NCBI RefSeq assembly: GCF_009914755.1
Contig: NC_060929.1
Source: the human T2T-CHM13v2.0 reference genome, Homo sapiens
DNA: 64,000 nucleotides
Strand: one strand, 5' to 3'
The translations under genes and the position numbers were made by a program. The notes below the pieces were generated by a model. The model was not told where the DNA came from. It saw only the letters and a list, made by a program, of their open reading frames with translations, and searched no databases. Shown in pieces: positions 30,153 through 44,105 of the stretch. Position 1 is the stretch's first letter. Every line of letters begins with the position of its first letter.

Positions 30153-30575
30153 ACTGTGAGTTCCTACTCAATATCCATTCTTCCCTTCTTCCATACTAGC
30201 AGAACCCTTATTTTATTCTGGGTGGCAACATGCCTCGGCTCAACCAATAAGTCAATATTGTTACACATATTCGTGACCATCTTGTTCCACTTTGCTAGAC
30301 ACTAAATATCCCAATCTCCATTTGCAGCTAGAAATGGCCAAGGACCCAGTTATGGCCAAGAAGATGTAAGGGGAAGTTTACTGGGGAACTTCTAAGAAGG
30401 CTTTACTTTCCTAATAAAAAGGACAGATGCAGCTAGCACCATCCTTCCCTCTCTCTTCCTTAATGCAGATGTAATGTGTGAAGCTGCAGCAGAAATCTCG
30501 AGATAATGAAGCCACAAGCAAGAGAATGAAAGGCCATCACATTGAAGATGGCAGAAGGGAAGGTGAGATCCGTTT
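30153..30575 (+). mobile_element. Old MLT1 (J/K-like) LTR fragment
   Basis: 'aatatccattcttcccttcttcc..gcagaaccct..ttgcagctagaaatggcc..acccagttatggccaagaagatgtaagg'. Confidence 0.65.
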
Positions 30576-30829
30576 CTGAGCTCAGAAGCGCAGGATTAAA
30601 TTAGTAAGTCTCAGGAGTATGAAGGGCCTGTCAGTGTTCTGTAGGCAGTGAAATAGAGAACTGATAAAAAATGAATACTAGGAATCCCCAAGTGTTTTGA
30701 GACCCTAGATGAGGCTAATACTTATTTAGAGCAGAACCACGCTCTCATACAAATATGGTAACGGTATAAGTTGCCATAATTTTTTGGAGAGAAATTTAGC
30801 ATTATCTATCAGCATTTTAAAAGCACAGA

Positions 30830-30831
<2 letters not shown>

Positions 30832-30874
<43 letters not shown>

Positions 30875-31122
30875 AGACAGGGTCTCTCTCTGTTGCCCAG
30901 GCTGGAGTTCAGTGATGTGATCTTGGCCTCCAACTCCTGGGCCCAGGCAATCTTCCCATCTCAGCTTACCGAGTAGCTGGGACTACAGGCATGCAAAACC
31001 ACACTCAGCTAATATTTGTATTTTTTGTAGAGACAAGGTCTTGCTCTGTTGCCCAGGCTGGTCTCAAACCCCTAAGCTCGAGTGACCCACCTGCCTCAGC
31101 CTCCCAAAGTACTGGGATTATA
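30832..31122 (-). mobile_element. Alu (AluJ-type) with 42-nt pure T tail
   Basis: Antisense Alu lacking its extreme 5' end; approximate TSD gcacagatc / ggacagatc; sits in old L1M sequence (~30720-31400). Confidence 0.92.
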
Positions 31123-31430
31123 GTACAAAGGACAGATCCTTCAAACTAGCAAACCCATTACTGGGAAATTATCCTACAGAAAAACACAGGTGCAAAAAGA
31201 TACACACAGGGGTTATTTATTGCAGCATTGTTTGAAGTAGCAAAAAATTAGAAGCAACCTAAATATAAAATTAGAAAAATAAATTAAAGTACGTACATTC
31301 GTAAAAGGAAATACTGTGCAGCTGTTCAAGAAAGAATAATATAGTATGCATGTAATGACACGGAAAGATGTCCAGAGATACTCTTAGGGGGGAAAAAAAA
31401 GAGCAATTTTTCTTAAAACTTTAAAATGCT

Positions 31431-31715
31431 GGCCAGGCTTGGTGGCCTGTAATCTCAGCACTTTGGGAGGCCAAGGTGGGCAGATCATTTGAGGTCTGGA
31501 GTTCAAGACCAGCCTGACCAACATGGTGAAACCCTGTCTCTACTAAAACTACAAAAAAAAATTAGCCAGCCGTGGTGGCGGGTGCCTGTAGTCCCTGCTA
31601 CTCAGGAGGCTGAGGCAGGAGAATCTTGAGCCCAGTAGGCAGAGGCTGCAGTGAGCTGAGATAGCACCACTGCACTCCAGTCTGGGCAACAGAGAAAGAC
31701 TCCATTTCAAAAAAA
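31431..31715 (+). mobile_element. Alu (AluS-type)
   Basis: Alu dimer; TSD ttaaa(a)tgct. Confidence 0.94.
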
Positions 31716-32074
31716 TTAAATGCTACACATGGTTGTTGGTATATATATGCACATAAAAAGTCTGAAAGAGAGAAGCCAAACAGATGAAATGGACACAGTA
31801 TGTTTTCTAACTTGCTTTTTCTAACAACTATTATTGGTGTGACAATATTAACCAAAAGCAAACAATAGGAATAATTCAAGGCTGAGGTTCATCACTGGTG
31901 ACCAGGGGATATAAAATTGCAGATTTAAAGTAGCTCCAAAACAACCGAGCTTCCAAAGTTTTGGTAGGGGAAGCAAGTGAATGCCAAAGTATTATAAAGA
32001 GGAAGGAAAGAGACGAATTAAGACTTAAAGTCATTATCAAGATAAAAACAGGTTCAGAAAATGTAATCTGAATT

Positions 32075-32255
32075 TATGGCCCCTGAACCCACTACTGCTG
32101 CCTCTGGAAGCTTCATTCCCTGTGGCCAGTGCCAGCTCCACCAGTGGGTTCCCGGTGGCCTCTGCTTCCATGCATTTCTAACTTCCGATGCCAAGTCTGG
32201 TGCAGATGTGTCAGGCTGGGGGATCCTGCAGCCAAGGAAGACAAGGAAATCGTAT
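32075..32255 (-). mobile_element. Ancient MLT1 (M/N/O-like) LTR fragment
   Basis: Clearly homologous to 33520-33710 ('cccactactgctgcctctggaa..aagtctggtgcagatg'). Confidence 0.5.
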
Positions 32256-33244
32256 TGGAAGAGAAGAAAGGAAGTTCTGAGCCTAATTCCCTGGAACTGG
32301 AACAAATGTGAACAATGAAAAAGTCCGAAGAGGGAACACGCTTGTGGTTCATGGAGCGAACAGAGTAACAGTGTCAAAGTCCTCCCTCAGATGTGCACCA
32401 CAGCCTGTTTTTAACATGAGGCTAGTTCCCCATTTACCCCACCAGAGTCCATTCTATTTCTATCTGCTTTTCTACCTGAGTTTCTCCTTTGTGGCAAGAC
32501 CGTATGTTCTTGAAATTTGTCCTCTGACCTCTGCCCCCAAACAACATATAGCTTCATTTGAGGGTTTCTAAGAGACTTTTGCTAAAGATTTCAGAGGATA
32601 ACAAGATAATAAATGCTACTGATCTGTTGTTTGTCAGTAGAATGAGCCTGCCTCACCTTTTTGGTAGTGTTTTTGCTCATATTAACACATCTCTCTTAGA
32701 CTTTGATTATGAAGTCAGCTGCTAAAAGCCAATCTATCCATCTTTCTATTGCTGGTCCAGTTTCTAACTTCCCCTTCAAGCCATCTTTTCTCTAGCCTCA
32801 GCCCTTCTGGTTTGAGTTACAACATTAACACCAATGGGGAGAATTGGCTTATATACAGACTCATTAAGTTTCAGAGCAAGCTTCAGACCTGTCCCTCCCA
32901 TCTCACTGTCTTCTTAATTCAAAGTCATTTCCTAAGAAACGTCATCGAAGGTAAGAAAAGTATAGTTGGTCACCAACGTGAATGTAGAGGTTTTAGAGAA
33001 TAGAAGCAAGCGGCTGAATACAAAAGTGGTTCTGCAAGTCAGCTGACAGCAGTGATGAGCTTAAGGTCAAAAGAGATGTTGCTAAGAAATTGCGATAAAG
33101 AGACACTGGTCTTAATGTGGCAGAGAAACAACGCCTCCTCCATCACTGGGTGAGGAAAGGAAATGACCTCAAATGATACAGTTTTGAGGAGGTGATATCA
33201 AAAAGTAAAAACAAAGTATATCCATCAAAGTTTTTAGTTTCAAT

Positions 33245-33830
33245 ACACATTAATCAACTCTGGGGTAATTTGCATAGAAAAGGAATTTATTAAAAGATAA
33301 TTGGTAATTCACATAATCTCCCACAAAGTTGGAGAATCTGACGTGAAGCCACACTTCCAGAAACAATGTTCTCAATCTCACTGCACACAATTGGTTCTGG
33401 GAAGACTCCAGTGCCCCAGTGCCGTATATTTTACCTGGCTGTCCCTGCCAACACCAAACACACCAGACACACTGCTGAACCATCCTGGATGCCATGAGGG
33501 CCAATCTCCAAGGACACTTCCGGCCCCTCAACCCACTGCTGCTGCCTCTGGAAACTACATTTGCTGCTGTCAGCACTAGCTCCACCTAATGGGTTCCTGG
33601 TGGCTCTGCTTCCGTGCAGCTCTAGCTTCCAATGCAAAGTCTGGTGCAGACGCATCTGGCTGGGGGAACTTGCAACACGAGCCCATACCCTAGATCCAAG
33701 GGACACTGGGAAGATACCATCCAGCGTTTTTAGCTTCTACAGTAGACAGTGGGCCAAAGGTAAAAAACATCCACACCAGAGGTCAAAAAGAATGTGTGGA
33801 CGGGTTGAAAGTATCAGAGTTGGTTGACAC
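33245..33830 (-). mobile_element. Ancient MLT1 (M/N/O-like) LTR
   Basis: 'aaaaggaatttattaaaagata..caaagtctggtgcagacgcatctggctgg..cctagatccaagggacactgggaag'. Confidence 0.55.
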
Positions 33831-34528
33831 TGGCAGAGGAGTCCCGTAAGATTGAGTGAAAAGGAACAGTAAAGTCAGATCCTGAGCCCTAGGATAGGTA
33901 AGGAGTTGAGCTGAATGTGGAGAGAGAGAGATAAGAAGGGAATAATTTTTTCTAACCTTTATTTAAAAAGCATTTTCTGATTAAAGAAAATAAATGTTCA
34001 TTATAAATAAAAGTGCTAAAAAGTTCAAAAAAGCAAGTGAAAGTGATCCATAATCCACCAACCTCATCTTATTGCTGTTACCATTTTAACTATTTTCTAC
34101 ATATTTTTCTGTGACTATACAGGTCATAATCTACATAATATTTTCCTTGTGTTTTTTCACAAATTATGATTTTTATGACTACTTAAAATTCCATTATCTG
34201 GCTGCACCATCATTTTTGTCATATCACATATTTTTCCTTAAATTTTTAGAAGTAAAATAAGTAGGTTAAAAGGAGTCTAAATATTGACACATATTGTCTC
34301 CTTACTGCAAAAATAGTATGCATTTCTCATGATATATTTTTGAATATTTCATTTCTCTAAAATTTCACTAATACTATGTATAATCACTTTTTAACTCTTC
34401 ATAGGTAAAAAATTATCCCATTTTTATTTTGTATTTATTTGATCATAAGTAAGGCTTTATGACTTTTACCACATACATATATAAATTGTCATGTCTTTTC
34501 CTCTTTCTCCTTTCGAAAATACATTTCT

Positions 34529-34825
<297 letters not shown>

Positions 34826-35199
34826 TTATTGATTTATAAGATTTCTTGGTATAGTAAGAATATAAATCCTTTGTCAAGTAGGTTTAAAATTTTTTTTAAG
34901 TTTTCATTTATCTTGCTGGTTTTTTCTCACATACAGAAGTTTAAGACGTTTATGTAATCAAATATTTTTATTTACATTGTCTACCTTTAGATTTGTGCAT
35001 TATCTTTTGCAGGATAACATTTTTTAAACAAAATTAGGGCCTTAAATCACAGGGAAAAGGGAAACAAATCAGCTTGTCCCTCAACTTTGCACATTTTACA
35101 TTTTTCAGGAAATGGTCCATTCTTCCAGTTGCTCGGAAAAAAAAACCCCTAGAGTCAAAACTGGTATCTGTTTCCTTCACCACACACCTCCAGCCTTCA

Positions 35200-35752
35200 G
35201 ATCTGCCTTTAAGACATATATGCAGAATCTGACCACTTCCCCACCCAGGCACTACCACCCAGGTGCTAAGCTCGCTTATTTCTCACTGCAGCTTTCTAAT
35301 TTATCTCCCTGTTTTCTCCCTGGAAACAGGGAGATAAATTTGACCCTTTAAAATAAAAATCAAATTACCCTACTCCTCTGCTCAAACCCTCAAACCCATT
35401 CCTGCCTTGGGATATTTCATAACGTTTTCCTGCCCCAAATATCCAAATGCCTCACTCCCTCACTCTATTTAGGATCTCTGCTCAAACACCCTTCCTCAAA
35501 GGCCTTCCCTGAGTATCCTATTTCAAACAGCGCCTCACTGTCTCTGCCATCACTCGGTCCCCTACTCCCTGCTTTGCATTTCACCATAGCATTTATTATC
35601 ACCAGAGCCATGCACTTGTCATGTGTTTGTTGATCTGTCCCTCCTGTCCTTCCTAGAATGGAAGCTCTTCAAAGACAAGGGATGCACCCTCAGGACCTAG
35701 CATGGGGCTTAGCACTTAGCAGACGCTCAGTAAATATTTGTAATGAATGAAA
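35200..35752 (+). mobile_element. L2a 3' region
   Basis: 'cagaatctgaccacttc..ctcctctgctcaaacc..ctagaatggaagctc..agacgctcagtaaatatttgtaatgaatgaa'. Confidence 0.8.
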
Positions 35753-35759
35753 GTAAATA

Positions 35760-36090
35760 TTTGTCGTAGTTTGAGTTCTTTAAAACAGACCCCAAGGCAA
35801 GGGTAAGTGTGCAAATGATTTACCGTGGAACTGGGAAGGGAGTGAGGAAGCAGTGAAGGCCCAGCCTCAGCCCAATCCCACGTGGAGCTGTAGCCTGTCA
35901 CCCAGAGGCAAGGGAGCCGAGCGTTATACCCGCTCAGCAGTCAGTCACTGGCCACCTGGCAGGTATAAATTCTCAGCTTGCCTCTCAGCTCCAATAGCTC
36001 AAGAGAAAGCCTCTAAAGAAGGAAACAAATACCAGCCAGTAGCAGCAAAACTATGAAAGCTGGAGAAAGGGATTCAAGATGTCCACTACA
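35760..36090 (-). mobile_element. LTR16-like ERVL LTR fragment
   Basis: 'aaacagaccccaaggcaagg..tgtgcaaatgatttt' and 3' 'ggattcaagatgtccactaca'; weak recognition. Confidence 0.4.
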
Positions 36091-36633
36091 ATACTGAATT
36101 AATGTGTGAATGTGTAAATGAATGAATGAAGAAGGAATATGTTTAAATATTTGTAAGTTTGATAGTGGAGACAGCTGGACTAATGAAAGGCAGGTGTAAG
36201 AAGCATGAATTTGATCCCAAGTGCCAGTGTGTACTTTCCTGAGCAGCGGGACCACACTGGGCTAAGCTTCCCCCTGCATCTTTGCTTCAAAACAAGGTTG
36301 GACTAACACTAGGCCACTGGATCTGCTGGGGACAGCATATGATGGGACAACTAGCAGAGCATGCCAGAAGGCTCTGCTCAAATTCTCAGCCACATACATT
36401 ATCAATTAAAGATCCATTTGGATCTGTGGATTTCAACTAAAAGGACAAGTCAGTTGAATGGGGAGGAGCTAACTACAACCTTTTCCTCAAATTCTGCCTT
36501 GCCCCTTAAGAAACATCAGAATATTGGGGAACAGACAAATGTAATTTGTGAAATGTCCCCCCAGAAGTTAGCTAGGCACCCTACCCTTACCCTAATGATC
36601 AATAAGCTTCTCCTTTAGAATTTTAATTCTTCT

Positions 36634-36745
36634 TGAAATAACCAGATCCTAGAGACTCTGATTCAAAAACTGTTGTGTGAGTCCTGAGTATGCGTGTGAA
36701 ATAACCAGATCCTAGACAGTGTGATTCAAAAACTTTGTGTGTGTC
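36634..36745. repeat. Degenerate tandem duplication (period 63) in a MER5-like fragment
   Basis: tgaaataaccagatcctaga..tgattcaaaaact at 36634 and 36697. Confidence 0.85.
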
Positions 36746-36934
36746 ATGTTAAAAGTTGCCCAGACTCTTCTGAGTACATAGCCAGGGTTAAGAAGTTGGG
36801 CTTAGTCTTCCAATCACTCCTACTAGGAACACATTATTTCAGTAAGACAATCCGAATCTCTCCCCCTTCACATAAGCAAAGATACTGAAGGAAGGCAAGA
36901 ATTTCCTCCTCAATTTTTAATTATGAAAAAAAAA

Positions 36935-37228
36935 ATTTTTGAGACAGGGTCTCACTCTGTCACCCAGGCTGGAGTGCAGTGGTGTGATCATAGCCACTGC
37001 AGCCTTGATCTCCTGGGCTTGAGCAATCCTCCCGCCTCAGCCTCCCAAGAAGCTGGGACTATAAGCAAACGCCACCATACCCCGCTAATTTTGTGTGTGT
37101 GCATGGCAGGAGAGAGACGAGGTGTCACCATGTTGCCCAAGCTAGTTTCAAACTCCTGGCCTCAAGTGGTCCTCCTGCCTTGGTCCCCAAAGTGCTGGGA
37201 TTACAGACATGAGCCACCACACCTGGTC
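36935..37228 (-). mobile_element. Alu (AluJ-type)
   Basis: Antisense diverged Alu dimer; atgaaaa flanks both sides. Confidence 0.92.
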
Positions 37229-37601
37229 ATGAAAATTTTTATTTATACAAAAATGTTGGAAGAATGGGTATTATAAACACACATATGCCCTTCCGCTAGA
37301 TTCAGTAATTGCTAATATTTTGTGTGTCACTTATTTACCTTATTCATATACATACATACACATGCTCATGCATGCATGCATATGGATAAATCAATATGTG
37401 CACACACATATTGCTGAGCCATTTGAAATAAGTTGCAGACAGCATGATCCTTTATCACTGAATATTTTCAGTGAGTATTCTGAAAACTAGAACCTTCTCC
37501 TTGATAACCACAATATCAGCATCATAGTATATCTGTCTGAGTTCAATCAGGAGACAGAAAACACACAGTTATTTGAAAGAGGAAGTTTAAAATAATTATT
37601 A

Positions 37602-38040
<439 letters not shown>

Positions 38041-38111
38041 TAAACATATATAGATAGATTAGATAGATAGATAGATAGAGATATAATTGAAAAGTAATTA
38101 TAAAGATGTCG

Positions 38112-38421
<310 letters not shown>

Positions 38422-40293
38422 TCAAGATAACTCTACTGAATCCACTAGAGCTGAGTGAGAGTACCCAGGGAAGGACCAGCTTGGAAGAGGGATGCAAACA
38501 CGCCTGGGTTCAGACCTCATTGGAGAAGGCATGGTTGCAGCCAATAGATAGTGGAGAAGTCTGCTGGGTTTTCTGGGCCAGATCTAGTCCGCAGTCGCCA
38601 GGAAAGCAGAAAATAACCCACCTCCCTCTCCCATACAAACACACACACACCCAGAGCCAAGGCTGGAGGGCAGGTTTGCAGACAAAGTCAGAACGGCTCC
38701 ACACACACAAGGTTGGAGCACACAGTGTTGTTGGGAGTCACATCAAAGGAGTTCACCTGGTCTGGACTGAGGCTGGAAGGTCAGGATCTGGCATGCAGCT
38801 GCGGCAGTGTACCACCAGATGTACCCAGACACACATGCACCACTGACCAATTGGACAGCTGGAGCAAAAAAAGCAAAACATAGCACTCCAAAAGGAGGAA
38901 ACAAAGCCCCCTTCCTCCCACAGTATCCCTCCTGTGCCCTCTATTGACAAAGTTAACATCATGCTAATAAAGAAGAAATACTTGGAGAGTCCAGTCCATT
39001 ATTGTAGAGCAGTACTGAAGTGTGAATTGGAGCTGAGGCAATTGATAGTTGACACACACACATAATAAAATTAATAATTCCCTGACGATGGCTATTCTCA
39101 GTCCAGATTCAAATTTCTCCAATTGTGCCAAACACATCTTGTATAGTTTTATGAGGTTTTTTAACCAAGATCCAATCAAGTCCTTTTAGTCTCATTTGAT
39201 TCAGAGCAGTCCCTCCCAACGTTTCTGTTTTAATGACATTGATCTTTAGAAGAAATTAATTGACTGATTGAGTTTCATTCTAGATTTGTCTGTTTGTTCC
39301 TGGTGTTAATTTTCTGTCCCCTGAATTTCTTGTAAACTGGAAGTTAAATCAAAGGTTTGACTACAGCCAGGTGAAATGTGTTTAAGAAGAATACTTCATG
39401 AGTTACACTGTGCACCTCACATTGTAACACATCAGGGACAGAGGGAGTGTTGGCTTCCCATTATTAAGGCAAGGAACTTGATCTCAGTTAAAGTAGTGAT
39501 GGCCAGATACCTCCACTGTAATGGCGTGGTCTTCCTTTTGCAATTAGCAAGCAATCTGTGGGGTGTTATTTTGATGCTTTGAGAATATACTGTCCCCCAA
39601 CCATCTTTCGGTTAATGGTTTTAGCATTTAATTTGTCATTAGGAAGTGCAAAATGGACACATTTTTTAATTCAATCTTTTCTTTTATATTTTTTAGCTGG
39701 CATTCTTCTGTAAAAAGAAGCTTTCCTTCATCAACTGTAAATAAACTAAACTTTTTCCCAAAAAAGAGAAGAAAAATGCATTATTAGTTATTTTCAGAAT
39801 AAAGAAAAGAAAGTTTTGATTAGAGAAGAAGGGGAATCATTTTGTTGCAAGAGCTTAGGAGTGGTAGGCATGTCCTAGGATGACAGGACAGCCCGGGTTC
39901 CGGGGAGACCCATGAGAGCGGGATGCTGGAGGTTGGAGGGAAACTGGGATAAGCCATCTGTTTTGCAATCACCTGCCAAGGGCTTGGAGTAGAAACCCCT
40001 CCTCCCCTCCATTTGCCACTCAGTTATCTTTCCAGTCACCATTGGCATGTGGGCTGCAGAATGCTGATGCTGATTTCAGATAAGTGAACATGCTTCATTT
40101 ACAACCAATACAGAAATACTGAGTGGCTACAGGACAAAAGAGGCTACATGGACTGCTCTGTGTGAAAGTGCTCAGAAAATGTAGTACAGTAAACAAAAAT
40201 GAGGCATTACTGTATATTTTTGCTCTTACAAATAGTTATTTCCTCAGTAGTTTAATAATTTAATGAAAAAAAAGTTTTTGAATCACCATCTCA

Positions 40294-40642
<349 letters not shown>

Positions 40643-40769
40643 CTAAAAACCCAAGAATCTGAACCTAATTCTATGTTCCTGACACATTTGCTTAAAGCTG
40701 GGATGTCTTCCACATGATTACCTTATTCAAATTTATATCTCTAGAGCTTCACAAAATACATTATCTAAA

Positions 40770-41152
<383 letters not shown>

Positions 41153-42091
41153 GAAATTAAGCATCGGTTTTAGGGGCAGAAAAACACAGGTTTGAAGCCT
41201 TAGGTTTCCTCATTCTTGATACGTGATCTTAGCAAATAAACTAAAATTCTGAGAGCTTCGATTTACCTTTTTTTTTTTTTGAAGAGATACAAAATTTACT
41301 TTTTTTAAATGCCTTCATTACAAGTCTGGAGAAGTTCCTTTTTCCACCTAAAGAATTCACCACTATAAGCAATGATGCAAGTCCATTTATTTAAAGAGAA
41401 CATTTTAAAACAGTAAAAGATTATATCCATAGGCATTTTCCAGTTTCAAAGGAGTGATACAATCTTCAGGCAGCCAGAGAGCTAGTGAAGTTGCCTCACC
41501 CTCCAAAATGTATAGCTTAATTTCTAAACGTAAGAGGGAAGGATAAAGTTTATGTAGAACAGGGGAAAAACTATTCTCAAATGACATTCCTGGATGAATC
41601 CCCACATCTTCCAAAGGAGAAAATGTTGAGTTTTTCTTTCTTTTTGGCCTTTCGGATGTTTCCCCAATGTATTACTGTGATGCCCTTTCATGTTTTTCAG
41701 AAAGGTGAATGAAAACTTTCTTTGAATATAGCATAATATTAGGGTGTGACCTCCTGTATCTAAACTCACTGGTTCATATGTGATTGAACTTTGAATGAGA
41801 ATACCCCATGGACATTCGTTCATACTTCTTGATGCCACAAGAAGAGAGAGGATAAAGGAGCTCAAAGAAATCCAGCAGCCCTCTGGTTACAGGACAGCAG
41901 TTCCCAGATGTCATTCATAAGGCTGGGGCTGAAGATAATTCACAGAAGGCACTTGTCTAATTCTGACCTGGCGTCGGTGTTCAGAAGAGGCAACAGACAC
42001 ATTAACAAAACCACAAATCAACAAAAAGGTAGGAGGAGCCCTTCTAACACACCAGAGACCATCATTGCTTCAGATGAAGGGAAAATATTTA

Positions 42092-43412
42092 TTGCATTAG
42101 TGATTCATTGTTGTGTGATGAATTATACCAAAACTTAGTGGCTTAAAACAATAAATGTTTATTTTACTCAGTGTCTGTGAGTCATCTTAGCAGGGTAGTT
42201 TCTGGTCCAGGGTGTCTCATGAGGTTGTAGTCAAGATATCATCCAGGGCTACAGCCATCTGAAGGCTTGACTGGGGCTGGATCCACTTCTCCCCCAACTC
42301 CAAAAAAAAAAAAAAAAAAAAAAAAAAAAGCCAAAAGAGAATAAAGCAGAAGCAGCAATGTCTTTTATGATCCAGTCTTGGAAGTCATACTTTGTCACTT
42401 CTGCAACAGTACTCATTAAAAGCAAATTACTAAGTCCAACCCACCTTCAAGGGGAGGTGAACTGGCTCTACCTTTTAAAGCAAAGAGTGTCAATTTGGAG
42501 GCACTTATTTAAATTGCGGCATAAAAACACTTAACATAAAATTTACCACCTTACCATTTTCAAGTGTACAGTTCAGTCATGCTAAGTATATTCACACTGT
42601 TGTACAACAGATCTCCAGAACATTTTCATCTTGCAAAACTGAAATTCTATACCCATTTTAAAAGTCTCCATTTCCTCCTCCATCCAGTCCCTGGTAACCA
42701 TCATTATACTTTCTGTTTCTGTGAATTTGCCTACTTTACCTGCCTCATGTAAGTGGAATCATGCGGTATTTGTCTTTTTGTGACTGGCTTATTTCACTTA
42801 GCATAATGTCCTATAGGACATATTGTAGCAATGTGACAGGATTTCCTTCCTTTTTAAGGCTGATTTATATTCCATTGTACTTATATACCACATTTTGTCT
42901 ATCCGTTCATCTGTCAATAGACATTTGGGTTGCTTCCACCTCTTGGCTACTGTGAATAGTGCTACTATGAACATGGGTGTACAAATATCTCCTCAAGATA
43001 CTGCTTTTGATTCTTTCTTGGGTATACACCCATTCGTAGGATTGCTGGATCATACAGTAGTTCTATTTTTAATTTTTTGAGCAACCACCACTGTTGTCCA
43101 CAGTGGCTATAGCATTTTACATTCTCACCAACACTACACAAAGTTTCTAATTTCTCTACATCCTTGTCACTATTATTTTCTGTTTCTTCATAGCAGCCAC
43201 TAAATTGATTTCAGGTGATATCTCATTGTGGTTTTTTTTTTGATTTGCATTTATCTAATAATTAGTGATATTTAGCATCTTTTCATATGCTCATTGGCCA
43301 CCAGTACATCATCTTTGGGAAAATGTCTATTCAAGTCATTTACCTGTTTTTAAATCAGGTAATTTGTTGATTTGTTGTTGAACCATGGAGACATATTTTT
43401 AAACCACAACAC
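42092..43412 (-). mobile_element. MLT1F/G-like LTR interrupted by a poly(A) run and an L1MB
   Basis: 'ccaaaacttagtggcttaaaacaa..catctgaaggcttgactggggctggatccacttc'; final piece 'gacatattttttaaaccacaaca' follows the L1. Confidence 0.65.
42505..43385 (-). mobile_element. L1MB 3' end
   Basis: 'taacataaaatttaccaccttaccatttt caagtgtacagttcagt..ctccagaacattttcatcttgcaaaactgaaa' is typical of the L1MB 3' UTR. Confidence 0.85.
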
Positions 43413-43899
43413 CTATCTTGCAGATTGTGGTGAGAACTAAAAGATTTATGTAAGCAGATCATATTACCTGTCACGTAGTAGGCACTCAAAAATTATTACT
43501 TGTCTTCTTAGGGTTGTTATGTTAAATAATGTTATGTTAATAACATATGTAAAACTGCTTCTTAAATTATAAAGTGCTATGCAAATGTGAGTTAATACTA
43601 CAAAGCTGTATACAAAATATTTTAATATTTTTCTGAGGTTCTCCATACTTAAATATATAAATCTTTCCATCTCTAGACTTTATTCTGTTTTTTAGCTGTA
43701 ATCCCTTTTTTCCATTTTACTTCAAGTTTTATCAAAAAAAAGAATAGCAGCCAAAATAGAACAAGTAAAGATGGAGAAACAATAACTAATTTCACTAAAG
43801 CAAAGTCAGAGTAAGATCTATTTAAAAATAAAATGTGAAGAAAAGCTGCAATGGATTACACTATTGAAAAATCCTAAGAGAACCAGAACTGCCGTTCCT

Positions 43900-44105
43900 T
43901 CAGAGAATGTGAGTGATGTTGAAAGATTAATAACGTTTGGATAACATTAATTACAGTGATGTTATAAACTCTGGTATTCCAGTTGCCATAACAACCCGCT
44001 ATATGTTGGTTTTCTAATGACATTTCGAACAAGTGCTGAGGCGAACTGCATCACTTCAGAACTTTGATTGCTGTCACTCAGTGATTTTAAAATTGAATTG
44101 TTTTG
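43900..44105. mobile_element. Probable MER121 ancient conserved repeat
   Basis: 'ggataacattaattacagtgatg..gttgccataacaacccgctatatgttggttttctaatgacatttcgaacaagtgctgaggcgaactgcatcacttc..tgattgctgtcactcagtgatt' matches my recollection of the MER121 core; not verified by search. Confidence 0.6.
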
